Assembly: GCA_963662545.2 (NCBI GenBank)
Contig: CAXXLL010000003.1
Span: forward strand, 1,792,001-1,856,000
Length of the DNA: 64,000 nucleotides
Direction: 5' to 3'
Origin: Gammaproteobacteria bacterium
Lineage (GTDB): Bacteria > Pseudomonadota > Gammaproteobacteria > Ga0077536
Part shown: positions 9,026 to 18,708 of the stretch, piece by piece
How positions within the stretch are numbered: position 1 is the first letter of the stretch
How the letters are laid out: every line of letters starts with the position of its first letter
The notes under the pieces: model-generated
Database searches by the model: none
Told to the model about the DNA's origin: nothing
The model's input: only the letters and a program-made list of their open reading frames with translations
Position numbers and translations under genes: made by a program

Positions 9026-11912
9026 ACTACCGCCGCAACCCCGCGAGTGGATCGATCGCGATGCCCGCATCGAATTCGAGTTCGAGGGAGCGCGCTACGA
9101 AGGCTTCGGCGGCGACGTCATCTCGAGCGCGCTGCTGGCGTGCGGCCAGCACCTGCTCGGCCGCAGCTTCAAATACCATCGCCCGCGCGGCGTGCTGTCG
9201 ATGGCCAATCACGACGCCAATGTCCTGCTGCAGTCGGACACGGACACCAACATCCGCGCCGACCTTACGCCGATCGCGCAGGGCCGGTCCTACCGTGCAG
9301 TCAACACCCTCGGCGGTTTGAAACGCGACCTTACGCAAGCCCTGGGTTGGTTCGACCGGTTTCTTCCGATCGGGTTCTACTACAAGGCCTTCTACCGGCC
9401 GCGTTGGCTGTTTCCGTATTGGGAGCGCTTGATCCGCGAACTGTCCGGACTCGGCAAGATCGACACCACCTACCGCGGCGGGCGGCAGTCGCGCACGCAC
9501 CGCTACTGCGAGGTCCTCATCGTCGGTGCGGGCGCCGCCGGCCTCGCGGCGGCGGCGCGCCTTGCGGACAGCGATCTCGACGTCGTGCTCGTCGACGAGA
9601 ATCGCCGGCCCGGCGGTTCGCTCGATTTCATGCATGCGCGCGAAGCGGATGCGCAGACTTTCCGCGACGAAGCCCTGGCCGACATCGATCGGGCCGCGAA
9701 CATCGAGTGGATCCCCGATGCGTTTGCGAGCGCTTGCTACGATCGTTACACGGTGCCCCTGGTCGCGGCGTCAGGCGTGACGCAGGTCCATGCGCGCGCC
9801 ATTATCTTTGCCACCGGCGTGATCGAGCAACCCGCCGTTTTCCGCAACAACGATCTACCGGGCATCGTGCTCGCGACCGGTGCGCAGCGCCTTATCCACC
9901 GCTTCGCCGTGGCGCCTTGCGACACCTGCGTGGTCCTGACGGCCAACGACGAAGGCTATCGCGCGGCCATCGACTTTGCCGAAGCCGGGATCCGCGTGGC
10001 CGCGGTCGTGGACATGCAGGCGCAGCCGTCGAACGACGATGCAGCCGCCGAGCTTCTGGGCCGCGGCATTCAACTCATTCCCGCTGCGCACATCGACGAG
10101 GCGCGCGGCAGCGGCCAGCTCGAAGCCGTGACCGTCCATTCCAACGACGCAGGCATCGTGCAGGAAATCGCCTGTGACGGACTCATGATGAGTGTTGGCT
10201 GGGCGCCCGCGGGGAGTCTCGTCTACCAGGCCGGCGGCCGCTTCGGCTACGACGACGCTCTGCATCAGATCGTCCCCGAGGCGACGCCTGAAGGCGTCTA
10301 CACCACGGGGCGCCTGAACGGTGTGTTTTCGCTTGCCGCGCGTATCGATGACGGTCGTGCGGCGGCTGCCGAGGCTGCGGCCTTTCTCGGCCGATCGCAG
10401 GAGGCGCCGCCGCGCCCGCCGCGCGACCGCACGCCACACTCGCATCCCTACCCGCTCAAGAAGCATCGCAAGGGTGATGAGTTCATCGATTTCGACGAAG
10501 ACATCCAGCTCAAGGAGCTCGACGTCGGGATCCGTGAAGGATTCGATTCCATCCAGCTTTTAAAGCGGTACTCGACCATCGGCATGGGGCCGAGCCAGGG
10601 TAAGACGTCCAACATGAACGGCGTGCGTTTCATCGCGCACAAGTGCGGGCGCGACGTCGACGCGATCGGAGTGAGCACGCCGCGGCCGTTCTACCATCCG
10701 GTTGCGATGGGCGCGCTCGCGGGCCGCCGGCTGCGCCGCGAATGGCACACCCCCATGCATGAAAGCCACCTGGCCCGCGGCGCGGAGATGATGGATACCG
10801 GCCCCTGGCGACGGCCCAAAAGCTATACAGCGAAGTCACCGCGGTCCCAGATCGAGGCCGAATACCGCGTCGTACGCGAAGGCGTCGGCATCATCGACGT
10901 CTCGACCCTCGGCAAGATAGAGATTTTCGGTGACGACGCCCAAGCGCTGCTCGAACACGCCTACACCTGCGCCTTCGACAAGTTGGCGCTGGGTATGACG
11001 CGCTACATCTTCATGGTTGACGGCAGCGGCACCCTCATCGACGATGGCGTGGCGGCACGCCTGGGCGTTGATCATTTCTACATCACCACGACCAGTACGC
11101 ATTCACAGACAGTGCTGCGCCTGCTGCAGCTCTCCGCCGATCAGCTCGCACTCGACGTCGCGATCATCGACCGCAGCTTCCAGCTGGCTGCGGTTAACCT
11201 GGCGGGGCCCTCGTCGCGACGCGTACTCGGGCGCCTCACCGACATCGACCTCGATGACGAAGCGTTTCCCTATCTGGGACTGCGCGAGGGCGTGGTTGCA
11301 GAGATCCCGGCACGGCTGCTGCGGGTGGGCTTCGTCGGTGAACTCGGCTACGAGATCCACTGCGCCGCGAGCCAGGGCGCGGCACTGTGGGAGCGGCTGC
11401 TGGAGGCCGGCGAGCCGGAAGGCTGCGCGCCCTTTGGCGTCGAGGCCCAGCGCTTGTTACGGTTGGAGAAAGGACACATCATCATCGGGCAAGACACCGA
11501 CGGCACGACCAACCCCTTCGAAGTCGGGCTCGGCTGGGGCGTGCGGCTGGACAAGGCGCGTTTTCATGGCAAACACAGCCTCCAAATCCTGCAACCGATG
11601 CTTGCGCGCAAGCTCATCGGCTTCGAAACCGAAGACCGCGATGGTGAGGATCCCATCGAAGAATGTCACCTGGTCATCGACGGCGATCGCATCGCGGGGC
11701 GGGTGACGAGCGTTGCTTACAGCCCTGTTCTGCAGAAGGTGATCGGGCTCGCGTTCGTCGAATCGAAGCTCGCGGAGGTCGGTACCCGGCTCACGATCAG
11801 AACGACCAGCGGGCGGCTGGTGACCGGCGTCGTCACCGACACGCCGTTCTACGATCCCGATAACGCGCGCCAGAAGCCCCACGCCGAGCCCGCTTACGAG
11901 ACGGCCGCGTGA
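9018..11912 (+). CDS. mgdC: N-methylglutamate dehydrogenase subunit C (sarcosine oxidase alpha family, GcvT-like folate domain)
   Basis: RSFKYHRPRG, GAGAAG, LKRYSTIGMGPSQGK, DVSTLGK, VGFVGELGYE, LRLEKGH, PFYDP. Confidence 0.88.
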   Translation: MIRLPPQPREWIDRDARIEFEFEGARYEGFGGDVISSALLACGQHLLGRSFKYHRPRGVLSMANHDANVLLQSDTDTNIRADLTPIAQGRSYRAVNTLGGLKRDLTQALGWFDRFLPIGFYYKAFYRPRWLFPYWERLIRELSGLGKIDTTYRGGRQSRTHRYCEVLIVGAGAAGLAAAARLADSDLDVVLVDENRRPGGSLDFMHAREADAQTFRDEALADIDRAANIEWIPDAFASACYDRYTVPLVAASGVTQVHARAIIFATGVIEQPAVFRNNDLPGIVLATGAQRLIHRFAVAPCDTCVVLTANDEGYRAAIDFAEAGIRVAAVVDMQAQPSNDDAAAELLGRGIQLIPAAHIDEARGSGQLEAVTVHSNDAGIVQEIACDGLMMSVGWAPAGSLVYQAGGRFGYDDALHQIVPEATPEGVYTTGRLNGVFSLAARIDDGRAAAAEAAAFLGRSQEAPPRPPRDRTPHSHPYPLKKHRKGDEFIDFDEDIQLKELDVGIREGFDSIQLLKRYSTIGMGPSQGKTSNMNGVRFIAHKCGRDVDAIGVSTPRPFYHPVAMGALAGRRLRREWHTPMHESHLARGAEMMDTGPWRRPKSYTAKSPRSQIEAEYRVVREGVGIIDVSTLGKIEIFGDDAQALLEHAYTCAFDKLALGMTRYIFMVDGSGTLIDDGVAARLGVDHFYITTTSTHSQTVLRLLQLSADQLALDVAIIDRSFQLAAVNLAGPSSRRVLGRLTDIDLDDEAFPYLGLREGVVAEIPARLLRVGFVGELGYEIHCAASQGAALWERLLEAGEPEGCAPFGVEAQRLLRLEKGHIIIGQDTDGTTNPFEVGLGWGVRLDKARFHGKHSLQILQPMLARKLIGFETEDRDGEDPIEECHLVIDGDRIAGRVTSVAYSPVLQKVIGLAFVESKLAEVGTRLTIRTTSGRLVTGVVTDTPFYDPDNARQKPHAEPAYETAA

Positions 11913-12574
11913 TGGAGACCGCGAGCCGCAGCCCCGTGCTCCAGGCGTTCGACGGCGGTCGATTCGAAATGGGCGCGGTCAACGGCATGCAGATCGCGCT
12001 GACTCAAGGCGAGGCGGTAACCGCCGCTGGCTACATCGCCGACTTGAGCGCCGTTCACAAACGCCTGTTCGTGGGTGGGGGCGCGCGGCGCTTCCTCGAG
12101 GCGCATGACATCGAGGCGCCGGCCGATCTGCTGCGCTGGTGGTCGCTCGGCGAAGACGGCGCCGTCGTCTACCTTCACCATCACCGATTTCTCGTGGTCG
12201 CGCCGAGCGGGACGACGAGACCGGGCCCGCTGTTTGCCATTGCCCCGGGCAGCCAGGGCGACACGCTGGTGCTGCACCACGAGGCCGCGGACTTTGCGCT
12301 GGGCGGCGAAGCGGCGGATGCGATCGTCCGCGAACTGTGTCCCATGAACCTCGCGGCGAGTTCTGACGACGTCTGGATAGCGACCCAACTCGCGCATTGC
12401 GACGTTGCCGTGCGGCGCATGACGACGGACGCGGTGACCTATCGCCTGATGTGTGCGCCGGCGGACGCGGCCTTTCTGTTCGGGGTACTCGTCGAAGTCG
12501 TACAGGAAAATGGCGGGACGATCGCGGGATTCAATGACTACCTGGAACTTTTAGAAGGAGGAGCATCGAGATGA
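11909..12574 (+). CDS. mgdD: N-methylglutamate dehydrogenase subunit D (sarcosine oxidase gamma family)
   Basis: Start and stop overlap mgdC and gmaS. DLS and LGG..A..I..ELCPMNL pattern typical of SoxG-like subunits. Confidence 0.7.
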   Translation: MMETASRSPVLQAFDGGRFEMGAVNGMQIALTQGEAVTAAGYIADLSAVHKRLFVGGGARRFLEAHDIEAPADLLRWWSLGEDGAVVYLHHHRFLVVAPSGTTRPGPLFAIAPGSQGDTLVLHHEAADFALGGEAADAIVRELCPMNLAASSDDVWIATQLAHCDVAVRRMTTDAVTYRLMCAPADAAFLFGVLVEVVQENGGTIAGFNDYLELLEGGASR

Positions 12575-13905
12575 CGCCCACCGAAGCCAAAGACTTCGTC
12601 ATAAAACACAAGGTCGATTTCATCCTGGCGCAGTTTGTCGATATTCACGGGGTGGCCAAGACCAAGTTGGTTCCGGCCGATCATCTGGACGACGTCCTGA
12701 GCGATGGCGCGGGCTTCGCGGGCTTTGCCGCCTGGGGCATGGGGCAGGGACCCGAGGATCACGATTTCATGGCGGTCGGCGACAGCAACACGCTCTCGCT
12801 CGTGCCCTGGCAGCCCGGTTACGCGCGCATCGTGTGCGACGGCACGGTCGACGGGAAGCCCTGGCCCTTCGACACCCGCTACGTCATGAAGCAGCAGATC
12901 GCGCGCCTGACCGAACGTGGGTGGACCATGAACACCGGCCTCGAACCCGAATTCATGTTACTCGCGCGGCGCGAGGACGGAACGCTCGCGCCGGCGGACG
13001 AAACCGATGTGCTGGAGAAGCCCTGCTACGATTACAAGGGTCTGTCTCGCAGCCGCGCAGTGCTCGAAACGCTGGCGAACACCCTGATGGAGGTCGGCTT
13101 TGATGTCTATCAGATCGATCACGAGGACGCCAACGGTCAGTTCGAGATGAACTACACCTACACCGATGCGCTGACCAGTGCGGACCGCTATGTGTTCTTT
13201 CGTATGGCCGCGAATGAGATCGCCGACGACTTTGGGCTGATGTGCACCTTTATGCCGAAGCCCTTCACTGACCGGACCGGCAGCGGCATGCACATGCACA
13301 TATCGATCGCGAGCGAGGACAGTGCGAATATCTTTAAGGACGATGAGGACGCGCGCGGGCTCGGGTTGTCCAAGCTGGCCTACCAATTCCTCGGCGGCCT
13401 GCTGAAGCACGCCCGGCCGCTAGCGGCCCTGTGCGCACCTTCGGTCAATTCCTATAAGCGGCTAGTGGTCGGGCGCGCGCTGTCCGGTGCGACCTGGGCG
13501 CCCGCTTATATTTCCTACGGCGACAACAACCGGACTTCGATGGTGCGCATTCCATACGGGCGTCTTGAATTGAGGCTGGCGGATTCCGCCTGCAACCCGT
13601 ATCTCGCCGGCGCTGCGATGATCGCGGCAGGGCTCGACGGCATCGAAAATGCGATCGATCCAGGCGCGCCGCAAAACGTCAATTTCTACGAACTCTCGGC
13701 GCGTGAGCTGCGCAAGCGCAAAGTGAAGCTCTTGCCGCAGACCCTGGGTGAGGCCTTGGACGAACTGGAATCGAGCAAGCTGTTCTCTACACAACTCGGC
13801 GAAGCCTTCATCCAGGAGTTTCTTGAGGTCAAGCGTATGGAGTGGGTCGAATACTGTCGACACATCTCCGACTGGGAGCGCGAGAGATTACTCGGGTTTT
13901 ATTAG
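12571..13905 (+). CDS. gmaS: Gamma-glutamylmethylamide synthetase (GlnT-type glutamate-amine ligase)
   Basis: [58 protein letters not shown]. Adjacent to the mgd genes. Confidence 0.9.
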   Translation: MTPTEAKDFVIKHKVDFILAQFVDIHGVAKTKLVPADHLDDVLSDGAGFAGFAAWGMGQGPEDHDFMAVGDSNTLSLVPWQPGYARIVCDGTVDGKPWPFDTRYVMKQQIARLTERGWTMNTGLEPEFMLLARREDGTLAPADETDVLEKPCYDYKGLSRSRAVLETLANTLMEVGFDVYQIDHEDANGQFEMNYTYTDALTSADRYVFFRMAANEIADDFGLMCTFMPKPFTDRTGSGMHMHISIASEDSANIFKDDEDARGLGLSKLAYQFLGGLLKHARPLAALCAPSVNSYKRLVVGRALSGATWAPAYISYGDNNRTSMVRIPYGRLELRLADSACNPYLAGAAMIAAGLDGIENAIDPGAPQNVNFYELSARELRKRKVKLLPQTLGEALDELESSKLFSTQLGEAFIQEFLEVKRMEWVEYCRHISDWERERLLGFY

Positions 13906-14541
13906 ATGACTAAGAAATCACCCGCGCCGGATCTCGCAGTCGTCGACAGCCTCGTCGAGGGCCACCCGGGTCTCAGCGTTTTTCTCGGGACGGCGCTCAA
14001 ACATCGAAGGCTCAACCAGCATCTGACCATCCAGGATGTCTCCGATTTGTCCGACGTCAGCCGCGGCATGCTGAGCCGCATCGAGAACGGTCAGGCGACG
14101 CCGAGTCTCGACGCTCTGTACCGGATTTGCCAGTCACTCGGTACCTCGCTCAGCAACCTGTTCAAGGCTTTCGATACGCCAGAGGGCGTGGCAAGCTTCA
14201 TTCCCAAAGGGGAGGGCATGGACGTCGCCCGCCGCGGGACGAAACGCGGGCATACCTACGAGCTTCTGTCCTACGATCAGGGCCCGAAAAAGCGCTTCGA
14301 ACCCTTTCTAATCACGCTCGATGACGCAAGCGAAACCTTTCCGAGTTTTCAACACGCCGGCACGGAGTTCATCTACATGCTCAAGGGCAAGATCGAGTAC
14401 CGTCACGGCCGGCATACCTACGTGTTGAAACCGGGCGACGCCATCACTTTCGACGGCAACATTCCTCATGGTCCGGAAAAACTGTTATCGCTGCCGATCC
14501 AGTTCCTCTCGATCATGTATTACGGCGAAGATGATGCTTAG
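13906..14541 (+). CDS. XRE-family HTH plus cupin transcriptional regulator
   Basis: VSRGMLSRIENGQATPSL HTH and C-terminal cupin (FQHAGTEFIYML...GDAITFDGNIPHGP). Confidence 0.9.
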   Translation: MTKKSPAPDLAVVDSLVEGHPGLSVFLGTALKHRRLNQHLTIQDVSDLSDVSRGMLSRIENGQATPSLDALYRICQSLGTSLSNLFKAFDTPEGVASFIPKGEGMDVARRGTKRGHTYELLSYDQGPKKRFEPFLITLDDASETFPSFQHAGTEFIYMLKGKIEYRHGRHTYVLKPGDAITFDGNIPHGPEKLLSLPIQFLSIMYYGEDDA

Positions 14542-14585
14542 CCCGCCTATTGCATGAAGAACGGCGGGAGATAAGGGGGGACTCC

Positions 14586-15989
14586 ATGGAAAGTGAACTG
14601 TCGTCATTGACGGTGATCTTCACCGAGTTTTATTACTGGGTGACGGTCGTTTTCATGTTTCTGATCCACGTCGGATTCTGCATCTATGAAGTCGGCGTGT
14701 CACGGCGCAAGAACCATCTGCATACCCTGATGAAGAACACCATGCTGGTGCCCTTGGTGACGGTCACGTTCTTTCTCTTCGGCTGGTGGATCTATTTCGC
14801 CTTTCCCAACGGACCGTGGATCATCGGCGGCCTGGTAGACGCACCTTGGGCCGTGCCTTGGAGCGAGTTGATGGGCGCCCACATGGGCGGTACGCCGGCG
14901 GGCGACAGTCTGAGCGCCGAGGACACCATGTTCTGGGCGCGAATCAACGGCGTCTTCTGGGCGGCTTTTCTGTTGTTCTCATGGACGGCCGCATCGATCG
15001 TGTCCGGTGCGTGCATCGAACGCATTCGGTCCAGCGCATTCTGGATCCTGGCGGTCTTGATCGGATCCGTTTTCTGGATCATCGACGCTTCCTGGGGCTG
15101 GCACGCCGAGGGTTGGATGGTGCAGAAGCTCGGCTATCACGACGCCTACGCATCGGGTGTGATTCACGCCATTGCCGGCGGTTTTGCGCTGGGAATATTG
15201 ATAGTACTCGGGCCGCGCATCGGAAAATTTCGCGACGACGGCACGCCGCGCGTGATCCCGCCGACCAATCCCTGGTTCGTCACGATCGGTCTGTTCATGA
15301 TTTTCACCGGGTTCTGGGGATTTTATGCCGCCTGCAACGTACCGATCATCGACGTTCAGGACGGCGAAGGCGTGTTCTTCTCCGCGACCAATATCTATCT
15401 CGCCCCAACGTCCCTGTCGGCCATCACGTTCAACTTTCTCATGTCGCTATCCGGCGGCATGATGGCCGGCTACATCATGTCGCGGGGCGATCCCTTCTGG
15501 ACCTACTCCTCCGGGCTCGCCGGCATCATCGCGGCGTCTGCCGGCAACGATCTCTACCACCCGATCCAGGCCATGCTGATCGGTGCGGCCGGCGTCGTCG
15601 TCATGTACAAACTGCATTACTGGGTCGAGAAGACCTTCAAGATCGACGACGCCGTGGGCGCCGTCGCCGTGCATGGCTACGCTGGCTTCTTTGGTGTGTG
15701 CGTCGCGGGATTCATGCTGTGGGGCTATCCATCCTCGCCCAATGCGGATTTCGCACCGATTACGCCGTGGGGTCAGTTAGCGGGTGCCGTGATCATGTTC
15801 GGTGTACTGGGGCTCCTGCCGGGCTTTCTCGTCGCGAAACTGCTCGCGCGGCGCGGCTTGTTGAGGATCCCGGCCGTCGTGGAACTGGCGGGTCTAGATG
15901 TCTCGGCGGAAGTCGAGGCCGAACAACAGCGGCGTAACTTGGGCCGTGCCGAGCGCGAGGCCATCCCAAGCGTGATATCCGATGCCTGA
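14586..15989 (+). CDS. amt: Amt-family ammonium/methylammonium transporter (divergent)
   Basis: Many TM segments; SGACIER, VIHAIAG, LGPRIGKF, IDDAVGAVAVHG (twin His). Start placed at the ATG at 14586. Confidence 0.88.
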   Translation: MESELSSLTVIFTEFYYWVTVVFMFLIHVGFCIYEVGVSRRKNHLHTLMKNTMLVPLVTVTFFLFGWWIYFAFPNGPWIIGGLVDAPWAVPWSELMGAHMGGTPAGDSLSAEDTMFWARINGVFWAAFLLFSWTAASIVSGACIERIRSSAFWILAVLIGSVFWIIDASWGWHAEGWMVQKLGYHDAYASGVIHAIAGGFALGILIVLGPRIGKFRDDGTPRVIPPTNPWFVTIGLFMIFTGFWGFYAACNVPIIDVQDGEGVFFSATNIYLAPTSLSAITFNFLMSLSGGMMAGYIMSRGDPFWTYSSGLAGIIAASAGNDLYHPIQAMLIGAAGVVVMYKLHYWVEKTFKIDDAVGAVAVHGYAGFFGVCVAGFMLWGYPSSPNADFAPITPWGQLAGAVIMFGVLGLLPGFLVAKLLARRGLLRIPAVVELAGLDVSAEVEAEQQRRNLGRAEREAIPSVISDA

Positions 15990-16022
15990 GACCATCCACA
16001 TAAAGCATAAAAGGAGACGGAC

Positions 16023-16247
16023 ATGATGACTGGCAGCTTCGAAAATTTTGCGGGTACGATCACCGACATCGGCCCGCTCTATCCCTTCGTCGGCAGTGAA
16101 ATGGTGATGTGCATCATCGCCGTGGCGTTCTGGTTGGGATGGCACATCTCGGAACTACGGATCGAAAAGCGCGAGTACGAAGCCGAGGTGGAGAAATTCT
16201 CCGACGCGGAGGAGATACAACGGCATCTGGATAAAAGAGCGGATTGA
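16023..16247 (+). CDS. Small single-TM membrane protein downstream of amt
   Basis: Strong RBS AAGGAG, one hydrophobic helix (MVMCIIAVAFWLGWH), charged tail. Confidence 0.7.
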   Translation: MMTGSFENFAGTITDIGPLYPFVGSEMVMCIIAVAFWLGWHISELRIEKREYEAEVEKFSDAEEIQRHLDKRAD

Positions 16248-16387
16248 ACTCTGGAGTAACGAGGTATGAGAGAACAATCTTCTTATTTCGTTACAGCGAT
16301 ATTCGAGTCACGAATAAGCCAGCCCACGTTATAATCTTTATAAAATGGTGGTCTGATCTGGCGTCGGCCGATAGGAAATATGGAGCG

Positions 16388-17005
16388 ATGAGCTTGTCTT
16401 TGAGCAACGATTCCTCCTGCAAACTGATCTCGATGTTTGCTTTGGTGATCCTGTGCGCTGGGTGCGCCTTAACGCCTCAAAAATTCGAGCTGCGACCCCA
16501 GGTCCAGGTCGCGACGAAGGCACCCGTCGCCGAGGGGAAGGAAATCTCGGTATTGGTCGTTGACATGCGCCCAACCGAGGTAATTGGTAACCGCGGCCTC
16601 ACGGGAACTGCCTACGGAGGCGCGAATGTGACCGCGACCGGAGACGTTGCCGCAATCGTCAAGACCGCGGTGACGAACGGCCTCGGCTCGAAAGGGTTTA
16701 GCGTCAGCGATACGGTACGCGCGACCTATGGCCGGCAACTACGAGTCGAGATCGTGAATCTGAGCTATACGGTGGTTCCCGGGATCGTGACGGGCACGCT
16801 GCGTAGTGAATCGGCCTTGCGCGGACAGTGCATCGACGACAAGGTTTCGCAATACGATCGCGTGCATCGCGGAGTTTCCGAAGAGCAGGTGTTTTTCGCG
16901 CAGTTCGCCGAAGAGAATGCGGCGCATATCAACGCCGCCATGTCGGGTGCCATCAATGCCCTCCTCGAGGACGGCGAACTGATAAATTGTCTCGCGGGAA
17001 ATTGA
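16388..17005 (+). CDS. YajG-like lipoprotein
   Basis: Lipobox LCAGC; VVDMRP..VIGNRG motif; size. Start uncertain. Confidence 0.6.
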   Translation: MSLSLSNDSSCKLISMFALVILCAGCALTPQKFELRPQVQVATKAPVAEGKEISVLVVDMRPTEVIGNRGLTGTAYGGANVTATGDVAAIVKTAVTNGLGSKGFSVSDTVRATYGRQLRVEIVNLSYTVVPGIVTGTLRSESALRGQCIDDKVSQYDRVHRGVSEEQVFFAQFAEENAAHINAAMSGAINALLEDGELINCLAGN

Positions 17006-17013
17006 GGCCCGAA

Positions 17014-17658
17014 TCAAACGGCGTCAACCTGCTTTAGGATAGGCCGAGTCAGGTCCGTTAGGCGCAGCCGCTGCCGGCCGGTTTCGTCGAAATTCCCAGG
17101 GTCGAGCCACGCTAGAAAAGCCACTTCGAGTTCGTTCCACCCGGCGTCGACCGGCGCGTACCAGGCCGTGTCGCGATTGTGCCCCTTGTACACCGTGGCC
17201 TGGCGGAAGATACCTTCATAGGACAAGCCCAATCGTTTGGCTGCGGCGCGGGACGGTGCATTCAGGGCGTCGCATTTCCATTCGTAGCGGCGGTAGCCGA
17301 GTTCGAAGGCACGCTTCATCATGAGGTACATGGCCTCCGTCGCTGCGCGAGTCTTCTGCAAGCTTGGCGAGTAATTGATGTGGCCGACTTCGATCGATCC
17401 GTTCGCCGGATCGATCCGCATGAAGCTCGCGATACCGGTCGCTTTGTCCGTTTCCAGATCAACGATCGCGTGAAACATCGGATCGTCGCCAAGACAGAAC
17501 GCATTGATCCACTCGATATAGGCGCCCGCCGTCTCGAATGGGCCATAAGGTAGATAGGTCCAAGCACTCTCCAGCGGATCGATTGAATTCGCTTCGTGCA
17601 GATCGGCGGCATGTCTGGCGGGTTCGAGCGGTTCGATACGACAATAACGCCCGGTCAT
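17014..17658 (-). CDS. GNAT (RimJ/RimL-like) N-acetyltransferase, probably 5'-truncated
   Basis: GRYCRIEPL, WTYLPYGPF, GSIEVGHI, LGYRRYEWKCDALN, YKGHNRDTAWY. Confidence 0.85.
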   Translation of the reverse strand: MTGRYCRIEPLEPARHAADLHEANSIDPLESAWTYLPYGPFETAGAYIEWINAFCLGDDPMFHAIVDLETDKATGIASFMRIDPANGSIEVGHINYSPSLQKTRAATEAMYLMMKRAFELGYRRYEWKCDALNAPSRAAAKRLGLSYEGIFRQATVYKGHNRDTAWYAPVDAGWNELEVAFLAWLDPGNFDETGRQRLRLTDLTRPILKQVDAV

Positions 17659-17674
17659 CGGCTCGCGCTCGGGC

Positions 17675-17750
17675 GAAAAGGTTCCAGGTTTATTTAATTG
17701 CTGAAACTCAGCAAGAAAAGGTATCGCTTAAATAAACCTGACACCTTTTC
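17675..17750. repeat. AT-rich inverted repeat (REP/MITE-like palindrome)
   Basis: GAAAAGGTTCCAGGTTTATTTAA (17675-17697) and TTAAATAAACCTGACACCTTTTC (17728-17750) are reverse complements with 2 mismatches in 23. Confidence 0.75.
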
Positions 17751-17833
17751 TCTTGCGCTTCCTTGCGTGGGCGGTATTCATAATCAGCTTAGCAGGGCGC
17801 GCAAGGGGCTGCGTCCAATGGGCGGTTCAGCGC

Positions 17834-17875
17834 CTAGGGGGATGCATTCCCTATCACCAACGGACCGGATTATGC
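17834..17875 (+). repeat. 42-bp dispersed repeat, copy 1
   Basis: CTAGGGGGATGCATTCCCTATCACCAACGGACCGGATTATGC matches 31134-31175 at 39/42. Confidence 0.85.
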
Positions 17876-17892
17876 CCTTGATCCGGGCCGGT

Positions 17893-18708
17893 TCAAGTCT
17901 GGCAACGGCTGCAGAAAAAGCTCGAACGCTGTCCGATCACGCGCATCTTCAACGGTTTCCGGCACCTCACACAGGGGTCACCCGCGCGTCCATAGACCCT
18001 GAGCTGGTGCCGGAAGTATCCCGGCCTGCCATCGTCGCGTACGAAATCCCGTAAGCTCGTACCACCCGCTTCGATCGCCTCGCGGAGTACGGTCGTGATT
18101 TTCGACGCCAGCGACTCGTATCGTTCGAGCCCGACGCGCCCGGCCGCGCGCACCGGGTGGATGCCGGCGCGAAACAGCGCTTCGCTCGCGTAGATATTGC
18201 CGACGCCTACGACCACGCGGGCGTCCATGATGAAGTTCTTGATCGCGACGGTGCGCCCCCGCGCGCGATGGTATAAATAGGCGCCCGTAAAAGTTGCATC
18301 GAAGGGTTCGGGTCCGAGATCGCGCAACAGCTCATGCGCCATGGGGTCACCTTTGGTCCACAGCATCAGGCCGAAGCGGCGTGGATCGCGCAGGCGCAAA
18401 CAACGATCGCCGCGAAAGATGATCTCGACGTGATCGTGCGGCTGGCGCGGTACGCCCGGGTCTACGACGCGCAGACTGCCGGACATGCCGAGATGGGTTA
18501 TCAGTGTCCCGCGAGGAAAGTCGAACAGCAGGTACTTGGCGCGGCGCGTGACGGCGGACAGACGCGCACCGGTCAGTATCGCAGAAAGATTACGGCTGAC
18601 CGGTCGGCGTAGCCGCCGGTCGTGGACCTTGACCTCCAAGACGTCGCGACCGCAGAGTAAGGGTTCAATGCCGCGCCGCGTCGTTTCCACTTCGGGCAGT
18701 TCAGGCAT
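17893..18708 (-). CDS. mutM: Formamidopyrimidine-DNA glycosylase
   Basis: MPELPEVE N-terminus, HLGMSG, DPRRFG, GVGNIYASE, C-terminal zinc finger. Confidence 0.97.
   Translation of the reverse strand: MPELPEVETTRRGIEPLLCGRDVLEVKVHDRRLRRPVSRNLSAILTGARLSAVTRRAKYLLFDFPRGTLITHLGMSGSLRVVDPGVPRQPHDHVEIIFRGDRCLRLRDPRRFGLMLWTKGDPMAHELLRDLGPEPFDATFTGAYLYHRARGRTVAIKNFIMDARVVVGVGNIYASEALFRAGIHPVRAAGRVGLERYESLASKITTVLREAIEAGGTSLRDFVRDDGRPGYFRHQLRVYGRAGDPCVRCRKPLKMRVIGQRSSFFCSRCQT

Noticed and set aside
7511-12574. Calling the four-subunit enzyme sarcosine oxidase (soxBDAG)
   Set aside because: Same family, but the flanking mgsABC and gmaS favour NMG dehydrogenase. Sarcosine oxidase cannot be fully excluded without a phylogeny.
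5015-15937. Long alternative-frame and antisense ORFs (for example 5015-6382, 9047-10177, 14786-15937)
   Set aside because: They shadow well-supported genes, have no recognisable motifs, and are typical artefacts of high GC.
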